In this document: one piece after another, positions 41,801 to 52,216 of the stretch
How positions within the stretch are numbered: position 1 is the stretch's first letter
Layout: each line of letters starts with the position of its first letter
Source of the DNA: Paraspadella gotoi
Taxonomy: Eukaryota > Animalia > Chaetognatha
DNA length: 64,000 nt
Assembly (NCBI GenBank): GCA_051294375.1
Contig: CM119267.1
Span: 14,191,694-14,255,693, forward strand
Reading direction: 5' to 3'
The notes under the pieces: model-generated
Databases searched by the model: none
The model's input: only the letters and a program-made list of their open reading frames with translations
What the model was told of the DNA's origin: nothing
Translations under genes and position numbers: made by a program

Positions 41801-44740
41801 ATGCATATATTTCATAATTGCGTATTCACGTGATCATCTAGAAAGTCTTTTATGTAAAACGAAGTCAACCCTGCGCATTACATTAAACTTCCCCGTTTTT
41901 GTTCTTTCTTTCAAAGGATTTTTTTTTGGAAACTTGCTAGTTTCTTTTTCACTTCAGTTCTTGAATCCTGATTTTTCCTTGTAAAGCTTTTTGCTACTAG
42001 TTTCTAAGCCGGATAAAGACGGAACGATGACTGTGACGACTAAAACGACGACTGGGACGTCGACGACGACGACGACTGCTCCTTGAATTCGCATTTCACG
42101 CGAGTCACGTTCAGTAAAGTAATCCCCATGACTTTTCGTTGAACCCTGGTGACAGATCGTCATGAAATTGAATAGGCGAAAGGCGAAGAATTTATGGCTT
42201 TATGTCTCAGGCGAAGCAAATAGAAGTTAAGCCTGCAATAACCAAGTGAAAGGAATTTATAACTATCACTGTCTTTCAATCATAGTTCTTCTCTCTTTTT
42301 CCTTCCCCTTCTCTCGCCTTCCATACTTATTCTACTGCCAATTTTTTTCGATCACAGATATCTAATAAGTAATGTATTATTTGTAAATTTTAGGTTCAAA
42401 ACGGAGATGATAATTTCGGCTGGGGCGTCGTTATTAATTTCCAAAAAAAGGCTGATAACAAAAAACAACAAGAGGATCCTCTAAATTCTGAACCTGTTTA
42501 TATTGTTGATACGCTACTCAATTTGTCGAAAGGTATGTATCGGTAGTTAATTTCGTTAAATATATATTTTATTAAGAACGATTTTTTATTTAGTTTCAAT
42601 ACCAATTAAGTTTATTTATTAAACGGGCATGTTTCGGCTACAATGATAGCGCTGATTAAGGCTATTGTAATTTGTAGCCGAAATATTTCAGTTTTTTAAA
42701 TGAGCTGAATCGCTGTTGAAACTAAATGATTTTAATAAATTGCACAAAACACAGCAAAACGAAAGCAACAAATATACAATGTTAAATATATACTATCAGA
42801 CTTAATGACGATCGTCACTTGCTATTTTTTATTCTAGAATCTGCCTCTCTTCGTGACCCTACCTTCATTAAACCATGCCCTGCTGGGGAAAAGGGTGAGA
42901 TGTGCGTTATCCCCGTACTACTCGACATCGTCAAGGCTATATCCTCGGTGCGCCTATACTTTCCCAAGGACCTTAAACCTTTGGACAACCGGCAGAGCGT
43001 CGGACGGTCGTTGCAAGAAGTGCAGAAGCGATTCCCCGACGGACTCCCGCTTCTTGACCCTCTGGAGGACATGGGGATCAAGGAGGAAGGACTCAAAGTA
43101 GGGGGGAATTTTTAACTGTTCTTGGGAGACAGAATTGTGAGGATAAGTTTTTTATTGTTATTAATATAACCATCTATTAAACGTGAAATGCAATTAAAAT
43201 TAAAATCGGTAAATAAATGACATTAAACCAAGCCTGAAAGAAAAAAAATAGCGAAAAAGCTAGACAAAAAAAAAAGTTCGTTTATTACTGAATTCCATCA
43301 ATTCAGGAGGTGATACGACGCATCGACGCTTTCGAAAACCGAATGTTTAGTCACCCTCTTCATGAAGATCCTGGAAAAGGCGACCTTCTGATAAAATATG
43401 TAAAACAGGTATTTAGGCGAGGAACGAAGATTGGTAGAGGATATCTCGAGTATCTTCGAGTTACGTTAGCTTGGAATTCACTAAAGTTTTTTTTCCGTCA
43501 CTAACCAAATTTTTACTGTGACGAATGACCTCTTGTTCGATCACAACGTAAAATTGTCTCCGTTGAAGAATAAAAAACTTTTTTCTTAATAAAAATATAT
43601 TTAAAAAATAAGTATTCGTCTTTTTCTACGCACTTAATGAAAAATTGTTTTTCAGTTATCGGTGTCGGAGAAAATACGATCAGAAAAGTCGGCGTTGAAG
43701 AAGGCGAGATCGCTTTTGCAGATGGACGAACTTAAATGCAGAAAGCGTGTTTTGAGAAGACTAGGATTCGCTACGAGCGCCGACGTCATCGAAATTAAGG
43801 TGACGTTTGAAAATATAAACATATATACATATTAAATATTTGTTTAAAAATATAAAATATAATACATCAGGGTCGCGTGGCTTGCGAAATAAGCTCTGGT
43901 GACGAATTGGTCATCACTGAATTACTCTTTAACGGAATCTTCAACGATCTCTCACCGGAACACGCCGCAGCTTTGCTTTCCTGTTTCGTCTTTGAGGAAC
44001 GTGCACAAGAAATGCCGAAACTTGGCGAAGAGTTGTCCGGTTCGTACAAAATGCTAAGTTATTAGCCAAATCCTATGACCTTAACTATGTATATATTTGG
44101 AGCAAAACTTTTTATCGGCGCAATCGCTTAGCGTTTGCGACGACATTTGTGACATAAGTGGCGTCGTCGTCGGCGTTCCAAATTATAGATCGCCTTTTTT
44201 ATGATGAGTGTATGAAGCTGAAAATTTATATACGATTGCGACGATCCTTATGCTTTTAAGATTTTTTTTTAAATCTTAGGTTTCGTTAATATCATCAGGT
44301 TTAAAATAAATACGTATTTTGACTCTCTCTCTCAGGCGCTTTAAGAGTCATGCAGGATACCGCTCGAAGGATCGCGAAAGTTTCGAAAGAAGCCAAATTG
44401 GAAATCGACGAGGAAACTTATGTTGAAAAGTTTAAACCTCACATGATGGACGTCGTTCACGCATGGGCCACAGGAAAATCCTTCGCCGAAATTTGCCAAA
44501 TGACCGATATCTTTGAAGGATCGATAATCAGGACCATGAGACGTTTAGAGGTAAATGCAAAATGAATTAAAAATAGCCTTAATTTATTTATTAGCTATTT
44601 GCTAATCTTTTAAGGAGTTACTTCGTCAAATGTGCCAAGCCGCGAAGGCAATCGGAAACACAGAACTGGAAAACAAATTTGCTGAATCCATCATGAAAAT
44701 AAAGAGAGACATTGTATTTGCCGCCAGTCTTTATTTGTGA
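38876..44740 (+). CDS. MTREX: Exosome RNA helicase MTR4 (SKIV2L2); about 17 exons
   Basis: [85 protein letters not shown], arch/KOW exons, C-terminus IVFAASLYL* (TGA 44738-44740). Confidence 0.96.
44109..44270 (+). mobile_element. HINE/DINE-like element, copy 2 (internally deleted, both ends kept)
   Basis: TTTTTATCGGCGCAATCGCTTAGCGTTTGCGACGA...GATTGCGACGATCCTTATGCTTTTAAGATTTTT, in an MTREX intron. Confidence 0.72.
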
Positions 44741-44823
44741 TGATTGTTAGCCTGTTAGTTCTTATAGGCTTTGTTGTTTCTTTTCCAGATGATCCATGAC
44801 ATTTATTTAAGTTGGATACCATC

Positions 44824-47800
44824 ATGAAGCAAACATTCCCAAAACTTATTTCCTATAAGACTGTGATAGCAGCGTCTGTGATCTTCTCTTTCGTCCTCTT
44901 ATGCTACTGGTCTTGGTTCACGTTTTTCGCCTGGCTGGCTCTTCATGTAGGAGTCGGCTTCTTAGCCGTATTTCACGGCGCAGGTCTCATGCTCTGCCGA
45001 GGAAATTTCTACAAGCCTCCCGTTCACCCAGCGTGGATCCAATCCGTCTTTGGAAAGTACGTTCTCAAATGGGCCGAGAGCCTCCCGCACTCAACAAGAT
45101 TTGGACAGAGTTCGTCCCTGCCGCAACGCCGCTGGCCCGCTATGCCCGATGCTGCGCCGCGGGGTTCGGTCGACTCTGGCGCTCCTGCACGCGTAGTTGT
45201 GTCCCGCAACGTGGATGTTGTTTTGTCGGAATTCTTCGAACTTTTGTCTCGCGACTTCCTCCTAAGTTGGCTGAGCGACTTGTCTCACGACCCTCACTAC
45301 CTCGTCTCAGCCGCCCAGCGCCTCTACTGGGATGCCGCCTCGAATTTGAGCGAGCGCTTGGCTGCCATCGATGCCGTCCGACTGATTTCGACCGACTTGA
45401 TGAATTTACTTAACCAGCATTTCGTCGACATTCGACGGGCGAGTCGCTGCGGCGACGGAAATGTACGAAAGAAAACTACACCGTTTAAACTAAAGCCTTA
45501 CCTAGAGTCGCCGTCACACGAGATTGACTTTCTCCGAAAAGTCTGCGATTGCGTGCTTCACATACTGTTACCCGAGGACGAAAGAGAAGACGAAATTCTC
45601 CGTGGTTTATTGAAAGAAATTCTTGCCTTCGACCTTATTTACCCGACTGTAAACTCTGTCTGCGACCCCGATTACATTAACCAGTTCTTTCTCAATTGGG
45701 TAGAGTACCGAGAGAGTGTGGCCACGGCTCAGAAACGCACGTACGCTTACGCCAAAAACTACGAAGAGTTTATCCGCATGATCAATGAGAGCGACGACGT
45801 GGAGCAACTTAAGCAGATACGATACCAGGTTATGACAGAGATCATGCAGGCAGCCACAATCAAGAGGCTCAAGAGCATCGAGAAGCAATCGGGGGACAAA
45901 ATGCCTCGAGAAAGGCAGGAAGAACCCACCGGTAGACAGACCAAAGGAGAGCTGCTCAAGTCGAGAAACCTCAAACGCTACATCAACCAGTGTACCATAG
46001 CCAAGTCGGTCGCCGAGAAACGGTTGCGTGTCATTGGCGGTCAGGATTACGCGAGATACGGTGCCGAGGAAGAAAAGTCGGACGAGATCCTCAGCATTCC
46101 TGGAAAAAAAGTTTTGTCCTTTGGCGTAATTATGGAGTCATCCGGCGCCAGGGCGGCTTTCGGAAAGTATCTATTGAGAGAAGAGGTCGCGTCGCTGCTT
46201 TGGTTCTGGGAAGGAGTCGAGTTTCGAATGAAAGAGATTACTGAACTGCCCAGCAACGAGTCTGTCGCGGAAATGCATCACCTGGCAACCGAACTTTATC
46301 AACGCTATATCAACGCCGTACAGAATGTCGTGAAGCTCAACAAGTCAACTATTGCGGGAATGCATGCTTTTTTACTCGGCGACGCGGGTCCCGAAGCTTT
46401 TGAAACGACCAAGTCAGTAATTGGTCGGGCGTTGGAAGAAAAATTTTATCCATCCTTTCTTGTCAGTGACATCTACTACGGCTTTGTTTCCCAGCTGTCC
46501 GAAGATTTGAAGGAGAATCAAAGGCAGAGCGCAGACGAGGAAAAACTGGATAATGAGAACTCGGGATCCGCCTTTAGCCTTTTAGATTTGGAAGAAAATC
46601 AAGCTCCTGCTTTAAAGGAACATTCGACTTATGCGCAGAAGAAACTGACCGCGATTTCTGATAAAATTCTCAACAAAAGTAGTGCATTGGATGCCTTGCG
46701 TGCCGCCCATCGCCCTGTTACGGTACCGGGTTTAACCGCATCGGGGTTTAACGGAAATTCTAACTCTAAACAGCATCGCCTGATCGGCCAGCTCGAAAGA
46801 GACTTGGAAGTTCTACAAGCAGAACGACGGCAACTGGAGGCATTCATTGAAAGGACAGACAATTGGTTGGAACACGTGGGTCAGTGGCGGATCACTGTGG
46901 CCCAAAGCAGCAACATAGAGGAAGGCGGGAAGACGGTTCCCTATTTCGTACTGCTCGTTCATTTGCTCAGTCATTCCTCTTCCCTCGCGGACGGCGCCAA
47001 ATCCTCGGACACTCACGGCTTTGTCGTCACCAGAAGACTCGGCGATTTCTTGTCGCTTCACAAAAAACTCCATCCTCTCCGGCATCACGTCTCCGAGAAC
47101 TTGAAGTTGCCGTCACCCGGTATCTTTGATAAGGACACCTCGGACAAGTTCCTTTCGGGAGCCATGGCCAAATTGCAAACTTATGTGGACGTCGTTACGG
47201 CAGATCCGATCCTTTGCCAATCCGAAGCGATATATGCTTTTTGCTGCCCGACCCCTGAGTTTTTATCACGAGAAGGCGGCAAGTCGAAAAGCACTCAGAT
47301 TTCTGCGGCATTTGATGGTTTTAGCGGAGCCGAGAGTGTAGCGCGAGACGACCCGCCGGAGAAAAACACATTCGACGGGATAAAAAGGGCGTTCTCCAAA
47401 AAGACTGAGGCTGAGCAACAGATCGAGGACACTCATGAATTTCTCATTCAGGATGACAATTTGTCGTATGACAGGAAGCTAGCCGATTCCTTTGCGGAGC
47501 CAATTTATAACCTGGTGGCCGAGATTTTCGAACTTCGAGGGGTCTTTAAGATATTCCGTCAGAGCTTGATTACTTTCGTGCGGGTGACTTTCGGCAAATC
47601 AATCAACAAACAGTTACACGAATTTATCCACTGGCTCTTTTGCGATGACATGGTTGTATACTACTTGACGTTGCTCAAGGGCTCCATGTGGCTCACCGAC
47701 GGTCGATTGGCGCCGGCGCCGACACCTCGGACAGACGACGAGAAGCACGAGTGTCGCAGAAAATGCAAGCTCAAATTGGTCAAGAATATTCCTGACGCTT

Positions 47801-47952
47801 TGACGCACTTGCTTGGACAACAAACGACGCAGCAGGGAATCATCAAAATTTTTGAATCTTTTCAGGATGTGCGGTTAAATAAGCAATTGTTTTACTCAAT
47901 TTTTGAGTTGTTGGTTTTCGAAGTTTTCCCCGAATTGAAAGATATTGATTAA
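44824..47952 (+). CDS. SNX25: Sorting nexin 25 (N-terminal TMs, PXA, RGS, coiled coil, PX, PXC); intronless
   Basis: Single ORF, first ATG 44824. AYAKNYEEFIRMINESDDVEQLKQIRYQVMTEIMQAATI and RNLKRYINQCTIAKSVAEKRLRVIGG resemble SNX25; PX VTRRLGDFLSLHKKL; PXC FQDVRLNKQLFY..VFPEL. Confidence 0.9.
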   Translation: MKQTFPKLISYKTVIAASVIFSFVLLCYWSWFTFFAWLALHVGVGFLAVFHGAGLMLCRGNFYKPPVHPAWIQSVFGKYVLKWAESLPHSTRFGQSSSLPQRRWPAMPDAAPRGSVDSGAPARVVVSRNVDVVLSEFFELLSRDFLLSWLSDLSHDPHYLVSAAQRLYWDAASNLSERLAAIDAVRLISTDLMNLLNQHFVDIRRASRCGDGNVRKKTTPFKLKPYLESPSHEIDFLRKVCDCVLHILLPEDEREDEILRGLLKEILAFDLIYPTVNSVCDPDYINQFFLNWVEYRESVATAQKRTYAYAKNYEEFIRMINESDDVEQLKQIRYQVMTEIMQAATIKRLKSIEKQSGDKMPRERQEEPTGRQTKGELLKSRNLKRYINQCTIAKSVAEKRLRVIGGQDYARYGAEEEKSDEILSIPGKKVLSFGVIMESSGARAAFGKYLLREEVASLLWFWEGVEFRMKEITELPSNESVAEMHHLATELYQRYINAVQNVVKLNKSTIAGMHAFLLGDAGPEAFETTKSVIGRALEEKFYPSFLVSDIYYGFVSQLSEDLKENQRQSADEEKLDNENSGSAFSLLDLEENQAPALKEHSTYAQKKLTAISDKILNKSSALDALRAAHRPVTVPGLTASGFNGNSNSKQHRLIGQLERDLEVLQAERRQLEAFIERTDNWLEHVGQWRITVAQSSNIEEGGKTVPYFVLLVHLLSHSSSLADGAKSSDTHGFVVTRRLGDFLSLHKKLHPLRHHVSENLKLPSPGIFDKDTSDKFLSGAMAKLQTYVDVVTADPILCQSEAIYAFCCPTPEFLSREGGKSKSTQISAAFDGFSGAESVARDDPPEKNTFDGIKRAFSKKTEAEQQIEDTHEFLIQDDNLSYDRKLADSFAEPIYNLVAEIFELRGVFKIFRQSLITFVRVTFGKSINKQLHEFIHWLFCDDMVVYYLTLLKGSMWLTDGRLAPAPTPRTDDEKHECRRKCKLKLVKNIPDALTHLLGQQTTQQGIIKIFESFQDVRLNKQLFYSIFELLVFEVFPELKDID

Positions 47953-48362
47953 GTTTCTTGTGCCTTTATTTTAATAAATAGGTTTTTGGAATACTTTTGG
48001 TTTTATGCTGCATAGGAGAAAATTTAAAAATTTGAACGAAAATGTTTTGCCTATTTTCATTATCCAAGAATATCATTGTGATATGGGTGAATAACCAAAA
48101 GAGTTCGCAATTAGAATAATAGTGAAGGTTATTAGGTGGAAGTTGTAGTTTTAGATTGGTTAGATTATAATTTTAACGAAAAGCTCAACCAAATCAAATG
48201 ATATGCAAACAACCAATTCTGTTGCTGTTGTATTGTCATTTTTAAAGTACGTCAGCGTGCAATGCACTATTTTTTTTTCTCACAGGCCTTAAATTTTGCT
48301 ACTGTTACGGTTTGACCTTTGCGTTATTTATCAGGGGTAAACGGAAGATTTCTTAAAACCAA

Positions 48363-48734
48363 ATGATTGAAATACATCAAGTTGCGTTCGTCGTCAACGG
48401 GTTTCAAACAGACATATTGTATCAATTGTACTCCGACAAGCTGTTTATCACCGTGACTCAGTTGGAGAAAATAGGGACTTTAATTTTGTGCGAGACCGAC
48501 TCCGTACAGAGGGAATCCTCCAATCTCCTTGCCTCACCGGAAATCTCTACTCGACTGGTTCTTGGGGCCGACGATCCTCCGCTTTTCGTTTTCGCTCAGA
48601 GCGTCTTTAAGAAACTCCTTCCCTATCTTGCTCACAGAACGCTTTTGATATCCATCGCTTTGAAGTCAAGTGACTTAAAAGTTCTTCGTCTTTTGGAAAG
48701 AATCATCGTTGAAAATAGAATTCGTCATTCTTAG
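48363..48734 (+). CDS. PSMG3: Proteasome assembly chaperone 3
   Basis: 123 aa; YSDKLFITVTQLEKIGTLI, TRLVLGADDP, LLISIALK fit the PAC3 family. Confidence 0.82.
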   Translation: MIEIHQVAFVVNGFQTDILYQLYSDKLFITVTQLEKIGTLILCETDSVQRESSNLLASPEISTRLVLGADDPPLFVFAQSVFKKLLPYLAHRTLLISIALKSSDLKVLRLLERIIVENRIRHS

Positions 48735-48742
48735 ACGAAAAT

Positions 48743-48958
48743 ATGAAACTTCTCGTGGGATGGAGGTACGGATTGTTCATCGGAACGATTGTGGGATCGG
48801 TTGCGCTGGCCATGTACCCTATCGCAGTCCGCCCGTATTTCCAAGCGTCCGAATGGCGGGAAGTGCAGAAACAATCGAGAGAAGAAATGGGCATACCCAG
48901 GGAACAAAGACAACCAGGCGGGATGAAAGAATGGACGGATCCGTTCGAGAGGAAATAA
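48743..48958 (+). CDS. SMIM20: Small integral membrane protein 20 (MITRAC7 / phoenixin precursor homolog)
   Basis: 71 aa; TM helix, YPIAVRP, C-terminal QPGGMKEWTDPFERK resembling vertebrate QPPGLKVWSDPFGRK. Confidence 0.88.
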   Translation: MKLLVGWRYGLFIGTIVGSVALAMYPIAVRPYFQASEWREVQKQSREEMGIPREQRQPGGMKEWTDPFERK

Positions 48959-49048
48959 ACATGAATTAAGCAATTTCTTTTTTCTTTCATTTTAAAACAC
49001 GAATTCAGTTATGATTAAATAATTTGACCTTTTTAATTTTAACAGATT

Positions 49049-49837
49049 ATGCCGAGGAGTAGTTACTGCATATTTGCGTCGGTATTATTGGTTTTTATTT
49101 TTTACTCAATAAGAACTTTTTCGTCGAGAAAGCTCAAAATGGCAAATTTTCATTCTATTTACGAGTTAAAACCTATCAAGGAAGATACAGTAACCGTATC
49201 TTTTGAAGCATCGAGCGTTAAGGTTTATTTTAAGGAACTGAGACCAAAAGGAAACGAGAACGACTTTATGCACAAAATGGATGTCTTGTTGCTTCATGGG
49301 CAACGATTTTCTTCCCAAACATGGCAGGATATCAATACGCTCGCCGCTCTCGCTGAACGTGGACACCGGGCAATTGCTGTTGATTTACCTGGCTATGGAA
49401 AATCCGAAGCTGCTTTGGGAATGGGCGGTGAAGATGATGGGTCTTTTGAAAAACGCGCCTTGTTTTTACAGTCTTTGATCCATGCTTTAAACTTGAAAAA
49501 ACCAGCAATTGTATCTCCTTCTATGTCAGGAACTTTCTCTCTTCCACTTTTATTAAAGCATCCCGATACGATTGGAGCATTCATTCCAGTTGCTCCGATT
49601 CATACTGGAAAGTTTAGCAGTGAACTTTATATGAGAACCAGGATTCCTACTCTTATTGTTTATGGTGACCTTGATACTAACCTTGGATTAGTTTCATTAA
49701 AGCATTTAAAAAATTTACCATTACATGAAATTGTAGTACTTTCTAATTCCAGGCACCCAGCGTATCTTGATCAACCGAATGTTTGGCATGAAAAAATACT
49801 AGAATTTCTCGCCTCGCTTGATCGCAAAATAGATTAG
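49049..49837 (+). CDS. ABHD14: Alpha/beta hydrolase ABHD14 family (A/B not resolved), N-terminal TM
   Basis: VLLLHGQRFSSQTW, AIAVDLPGYGKS, nucleophile SPSMSG, PTLIVYGDLD, HPAYLDQP. Confidence 0.9.
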   Translation: MPRSSYCIFASVLLVFIFYSIRTFSSRKLKMANFHSIYELKPIKEDTVTVSFEASSVKVYFKELRPKGNENDFMHKMDVLLLHGQRFSSQTWQDINTLAALAERGHRAIAVDLPGYGKSEAALGMGGEDDGSFEKRALFLQSLIHALNLKKPAIVSPSMSGTFSLPLLLKHPDTIGAFIPVAPIHTGKFSSELYMRTRIPTLIVYGDLDTNLGLVSLKHLKNLPLHEIVVLSNSRHPAYLDQPNVWHEKILEFLASLDRKID

Positions 49838-49965
49838 ATTTGCACTCTTTTTCTTTACGCTCTAATCACTTCATAATATATTGTGAAGGAAATAATTTAA
49901 AGTTAAAACTAATTTATATTGATAGTTTTGATTTTTTTTAACTCTTCAGTGTTCCTTACTCGAAA

Positions 49966-51974
49966 ATGAATGGCAATTTTATTAACCATGCTGCAACAAA
50001 AGTGTCTGAAATCCAAAGCGTCAGAAACAGTATAGAAAGTAATTTTAATCGTTTGGATGAAAGTCTTCGCCGAAGTAGAAATGATAAAATGCTCAGCTTA
50101 ATGGTTTCTAACCTTGAAAGAGACAAAGAAAAACTACGAATTAAACAAAAAGTAGACGAAAGTTTTATAACTTGCGTAAATGAAATCGAGAAAGAAGTTG
50201 AAAGCGTTTTGAGATTTCCAGATCAGTCTTCTGAAAAAATAACTAATATTAATGATAAAATTAGGGGTTTAAATTCCAGGGAAATGAGTTCGAAAAAAAC
50301 CGTATCAAAACTGAAGATTCAGTTAATCGACCGTTATAACTTAAGTAAAGACTCTATATCGCAACATGCTACCCACAAGGAAAATGAGAATAAAATTTCG
50401 AGATCAAAATCAAAATTCAATGAAACAAAAAGTAAGCGGGTCCAGCAAGAACCAAATCATCAGTACCAACTAACAACTAAGTCTCAAGTGGTCACTACAA
50501 CACCATCGACGATATTAACTAATGATTTTATTGCTGTTCCTCTGGTTCCTCCTCTAATTTTATCACATACATGTTCAGCGGATCATTCCTCGCAAAATAA
50601 CTTGTTGGTTAAACCCCAAATAAAAACTGTTTCAAAGGGAACCGAAACTTCACCACCGAAATTACTTTCAAAATATTCTTTCCCTGTTGTCGAGATTCTG
50701 AAAGAAGAGGATATGCCTAGTGACGGTGAAGAGGAATTTTCTGAATCTCAAAATTTGACCAGGAAAGATATTTTAAATGAAAAGATTATGTCATTGATTG
50801 AAAAGGAAGTTTACCAAGAGTATACCACTCAATACAATCGTAAGAAAACCGCCTATTTGAGCGCCGAAGTTGATCATGCTGAGCCATATTTGGATGAAGT
50901 TTTTGTAAAAACTATGATTGAGGGAGTGGTCGGTCAACAGTTACGTCAAACTATAATTACATCGGACTATCGACCATTGGAAAAGGTTTCAGCATCTTTG
51001 CCTGGCACGCCAAAAACAACACCTCCGCCTTCGCCTTCTGTTCCTCCATCTAGCCAAACACCACAAATGGACTATGAGGTCATAAAAACGCCACCAAATA
51101 CCCCGCCATCTTCTCCCAGTCCAAATTATGGAACGATTATAATTAAGGAACCTGAAACCTTTGAATTATCCAAATATTTGATTAATCAAGAACCGTTAAC
51201 ATTTTTTACGCCAGATATCCCGAGCTCTCCAAAACTCTCCACTCCTGCAAATTCGCATCCGAGCTCTCCCCGGGAAAAACCCGACGAAACTTATCATCAG
51301 GCGATAAAAGAATCCGTTTCTACACCTGTTCAAACACCAAGTTCATCTCCAAAGCTAGAATGGCCGGAATTCTTAGAGCTCCCCCCTCCCAAATCAGTTT
51401 CAGCGGAAACTATTCCCAGTCCAAACCTTACATCTTACGACCGGGTTTCTGTCTGCGTTGGTCCAAGTCAATCTGATTTTAAAGCACTCGTGTCTGTTCG
51501 ACCTCAGGTATTTCAGAAAAATATTTTTGAAAATATCTTTATATGTAACTTTTGAAATCTCTGCGTCTTTTTACGAAACCTTAGATATTATGAAAATTTT
51601 AATTGCTCTGCCTTTCCAAGGTGGTTAAATCTGAATCGCCTTCGTCATCGATTTCTTCAACAATCACATCGTTTGCTCCTGAGGCATCTTCAGAGTCTAT
51701 GGGACAAATCATCTCACTCTCTGTTCAACCAATAGACATTACAATATCATCTAGTCGTCTCGGAATTGGTAAATTTACAACGTTGCGATTACAAATTGAA
51801 TCGTTTTTCGGGTTTTAAAATTTTTCTTGATTATTTTTAGATTCTCCCTGCAATAGTTGCGACCTGTCTCAACCGAGTCTGGATCTCAAAAACTCATCCA
51901 TGTCCGAAATACTTCAAACGTACGATACCAGTTACAGCGAGGGAGAAGTAAAAGCTACTGAAAAAGGAGTATAA
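49966..51974 (+). CDS. TALPID3/KIAA0586-like centriolar protein, short form; 3 exons
   Basis: Exons 49966-51507, 51621-51768, 51841-51974. EKLRIKQKVDESFITCVNEIEKEV resembles the conserved TALPID3 helix ([24 protein letters not shown], from memory); TPKTTPPPSP repeats and a terminal SEGE motif. Confidence 0.6.
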
Positions 51975-52216
51975 TAAATATTAGCTAAATAGTATATTTT
52001 TTACCTTTAGTATTATTCTTAAAGCTATAAATTTCTTTAAAATAATAAAAACTATTTCGTTTAAATTAAATGAAAATTCAATTTCGGATGTAAATTTATA
52101 TCTAATTGATATTATCCGATTCACTGCGGTTCATGACTTTCTTCTCGTTCCATTTTTTTTTTTGGTAAAAATCTTTATCATATATTTTTATATGAACTTT
52201 TTTTTCTAAAGTTACA

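Noticed and set aside
41700-42250. CpG-richer patch with CACGTG and GAC repeats in an MTREX intron (snoRNA or internal promoter?)
   Set aside because: No convincing C/D or H/ACA box pair or other diagnostic structure could be identified by eye.
44789-44827. 12-codon uORF overlapping the SNX25 ATG
   Set aside because: Present only if the 44788 acceptor is used rather than 44811; cannot be judged without transcript data.
48703-48990. Overlapping alternative ORFs around SMIM20
   Set aside because: Only 48743-48958 matches a known family; the others are shadow frames.
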